NCBI GenBank assembly: GCA_944320495.1
Contig: CALUHR010000009.1
Coordinates: 1-64,000, forward strand
DNA length: 64,000 nucleotides
From: Candidatus Methanomethylophilaceae archaeon
Lineage (GTDB): Archaea; Thermoplasmatota; Thermoplasmata; Methanomassiliicoccales; Methanomethylophilaceae
Reading direction: 5' to 3'
Part shown: piece by piece, positions 61,785 through 64,000 of the stretch
Layout: each line of letters starts with the position of its first letter
How positions within the stretch are numbered: the first letter of the stretch is position 1
Translations under genes and position numbers: made by a program
Notes under the pieces: model-generated
Seen by the model: the letters and a program-made list of their open reading frames with translations, nothing else
Told to the model about the DNA's origin: nothing
Databases searched by the model: none

Positions 61785-62540
61785 TTAATGTGTCGATGCG
61801 GACCTGTTGATGAGGCTGGCTATGTATCCGGCCCCGAACCCGTTGTCGATGTTGACGACGCTCACGCCGCTGGAGCAGGAGTTGAGCATGGCAAGGAGTG
61901 CTGCCACGCCTCCGAACGACGCCCCGTATCCGATGCTGGTGGGGACCGCGATGACCGGGCAGTCCGCCATCCCGCCGACGACGCTGGCCAGAGCCCCCTC
62001 CATGCCGGCGACGGCGACGATGGCGTTCGACGACATTATCTCCTCGGCATGGGCCATCAGCCTGTGGAGTCCGGAGACGCCCGCGTCGTAGATGCGGACC
62101 ACCTTGTTGCCCAGGGCCTCAGCGGTCTGGGCCGCCTCCTCGGCCACGGGTATGTCGCTGGTGCCCGCCGTGACGACGGCTATCTGTCCGCGGCGCTCCT
62201 CCGTCGGCGTTCCGGCTATGCCTATGCGGCTCACGGGATCGTACCTCAGCCCGATCAATCCGGACACCGCTTCGGCGGATGATTGCGGCAGACGTGTGAT
62301 GATGACGGATCCGGACCCGGACGCTAGGAGCCTCTCCGCTATGGACGCTATCTGTCCGGGGGTCTTGGTCTCGCCGAAGATGACCTCCGGCACACCCTGG
62401 CGCATCCCACGGTGGAGGTCCACCTTGGCGAACCCCAGGTCCTCGAACGGCTCCATGCGCAGCATGAGCGCGGCGTCATCGGGGGACACGGCCCCTGCGG
62501 CCACCTGGCCGAGCAGTCTCCTCAGCTCCATCTCATCCAT
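61785..62540 (-). CDS. larB: Nickel-pincer cofactor biosynthesis carboxylase LarB
   Basis: DLHRGMRQGVPEVIF, AGTSD, VAGMEGAL, PTSIGYG, CSSG and NIDNGFG. Confidence 0.92.
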   Translation of the reverse strand: MDEMELRRLLGQVAAGAVSPDDAALMLRMEPFEDLGFAKVDLHRGMRQGVPEVIFGETKTPGQIASIAERLLASGSGSVIITRLPQSSAEAVSGLIGLRYDPVSRIGIAGTPTEERRGQIAVVTAGTSDIPVAEEAAQTAEALGNKVVRIYDAGVSGLHRLMAHAEEIMSSNAIVAVAGMEGALASVVGGMADCPVIAVPTSIGYGASFGGVAALLAMLNSCSSGVSVVNIDNGFGAGYIASLINRSASTH

Positions 62541-63297
62541 CTCTCACATCCTCCGATATCGAAATCCTGGTGAACCATCCCGAGAGGGCGGCCCCGATCT
62601 CCCCGCTGCGTCCCATCGCCTTATCCCTCTGCGACGCGGGCATCTCGACCCTTGCCGATGTCCCGTCGGTGCGGACGCGGAAGCCGCTGAAACCGAGCCC
62701 GCGCACCACATCCTCGCTGCTCTCTACGATGTCCAGCAGTTCCCGGGTGAGCGGTACGCCGGTGTCCACCCTGGTCGCCCGGCACGAGTCGGACGGCAGG
62801 TCCCATGTGACGAGCCCGTCGACCCTGGAGAGATCCCTGATGCGGTCCTTGGTGAGGCCCGCGTCCCTGAGCGGCGAGACGATGCCCAGTTCTCTGATGG
62901 CCCTCATCCCCGGCCTGTCATCCTCCGCGTCCGAGGCGTTTGTCCCGTCTGCTATGACGGGATATCCCATTCCGAAAGCCGCTTCGCGTATGGCGGAGAA
63001 CATGGCGCGCTTGCAGTGGTAGCAGCGATCGGCCCTGTTCTCCGAGATCTCCGGGATCCCGAGGAAGTCAATGTCCAGGACCATGGGTTCCAGCCCCTCC
63101 TCCAGGCACAGTACGATGGCGCGCTCGACCTCCGTCTCGCGGGACAGATGGGTCCTCACGATGACCGGGAGGACGTCCGCTCCCGAGGCATTGGCGCGGT
63201 GCAGGAGGAAGGCGGAGTCCGTGCCTCCGGAGAGGGCTATCGCTACCTTCCCGTTGGCGTCGAAGAAGGATTGGAGGGTCTCTTCGCTCACGTCCAC
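62533..63297 (-). CDS. larE: PP-loop sulfur transferase LarE
   Basis: ALSGGTDS, RCYHCK, DGTNASD, RPG and PSDSCRATR. Confidence 0.88.
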   Translation of the reverse strand: MDVSEETLQSFFDANGKVAIALSGGTDSAFLLHRANASGADVLPVIVRTHLSRETEVERAIVLCLEEGLEPMVLDIDFLGIPEISENRADRCYHCKRAMFSAIREAAFGMGYPVIADGTNASDAEDDRPGMRAIRELGIVSPLRDAGLTKDRIRDLSRVDGLVTWDLPSDSCRATRVDTGVPLTRELLDIVESSEDVVRGLGFSGFRVRTDGTSARVEMPASQRDKAMGRSGEIGAALSGWFTRISISEDVRDG

Positions 63298-63333
63298 TCT
63301 CAGACCGACGGCGGTTAAAATCTGTTCCGCCGG

Positions 63334-63606
63334 TCACTCGAAGATGTGCTTCTGCCTCTCCTTCGAGATCGACAGCAGGACCTCGGCGATCTGGGACGCC
63401 TCGAACTCCGTCAGGCTGACCTCTTCGCAGAGCTCCTTGTAGTGCTGCTTGACCTCGCGCTCCTTGTCTTCGTCCCAGTAGCGCTGGTGTGAGTTCTTCT
63501 TGGCCTTCGCCAGCTCGTCGGCGATCTCCATGCGGGTGGCTATGAGGTCGATGATCTGCTCGTCGATCGCCTCGATCTGAGACCGGAGCTCATCTGTGTC
63601 GGACAT
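63334..63606 (-). CDS. Chorismate mutase (AroQ type)
   Basis: LRSQIEAIDEQIIDLIATRM...KK...DEDKE. Confidence 0.85.
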   Translation of the reverse strand: MSDTDELRSQIEAIDEQIIDLIATRMEIADELAKAKKNSHQRYWDEDKEREVKQHYKELCEEVSLTEFEASQIAEVLLSISKERQKHIFE

Positions 63607-63731
63607 TTCGATCACATCTACCTCAAGGCGAATAGATAAACTTTGGCGGACGCGACGGGGATGCCTCGCTCTCCCGGATTACATCGTGTCACTGCTGACC
63701 TTTAAATCCTGATACCACGATTCGAATAATT

Positions 63732-64000
63732 ATGGACATAGTGGAATCAAAATTCAAGTCCACTCCTGCGCAGGCCGCGGTGGTGGACCTCTTCCTGAGG
63801 GTGGGGGTCAGGATCGAGGACGGTCGCGCATGGTGCGACGGCATAGTCCTCGGCGACTGTGCCATCGGACGCGCGGCGGGCGTGGACCGCAGGGTGGTGA
63901 GGGCCACCATAGAGAAGATAGCGGGGGATCCAGATCTCCTGAGGATCTTCTCCAAGCTGAACTGCACCCTGTCCATGGTGGACATGGCGCCCGAGATCGG
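63732..64000 (+). CDS. ACT-domain amino-acid metabolism regulator (COG2150-like), partial
   Basis: MDIVESKFKSTPAQ...IGRAAGVDRRVVRATI; runs off the window end and is not in the ORF track. Confidence 0.75.
   Translation, partial: MDIVESKFKSTPAQAAVVDLFLRVGVRIEDGRAWCDGIVLGDCAIGRAAGVDRRVVRATIEKIAGDPDLLRIFSKLNCTLSMVDMAPEI

Noticed and set aside
1-64000. CRISPR arrays, rRNA, IS elements
   Set aside because: I saw no regularly spaced short repeats, rRNA signatures or transposase motifs.

Overview
64 kb of a high-GC methylotrophic archaeal chromosome. The MtaA-type methylcobamide:CoM methyltransferase, archaeal GlyRS, RecJ and DRG, TATA promoters, Sel1 repeats and a giant adhesin point to Methanomassiliicoccales, probably a gut/rumen Methanomethylophilaceae-like lineage (inference). 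The window holds about 65 CDS, one tRNA-Ile(GAT), a histidine cluster split by an iron-uptake block, and a 10.4 kb adhesin-like gene. The main observation concerns the genetic code. (1) CGA appears to act as a stop codon. In the genes I read codon by codon I found no internal in-frame CGA, yet 11 genes have an in-frame CGA at or near their expected end. Two of these form CGATG stop/start overlaps, and two convergent genes abut on CGA|TCG. With the standard code, several of these ORFs run through terminators or a TATA box, fuse with the next gene, or run antisense for hundreds of codons. (2) None of the intact genes I called ends in TAG, and the one in-frame TAG inside an otherwise intact gene lies within a 3475-codon adhesin, consistent with pyrrolysine readthrough. 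Coordinates for affected genes are given at the CGA, with the standard-code end in the evidence. All calls come from reading the sequence; no database search was run.
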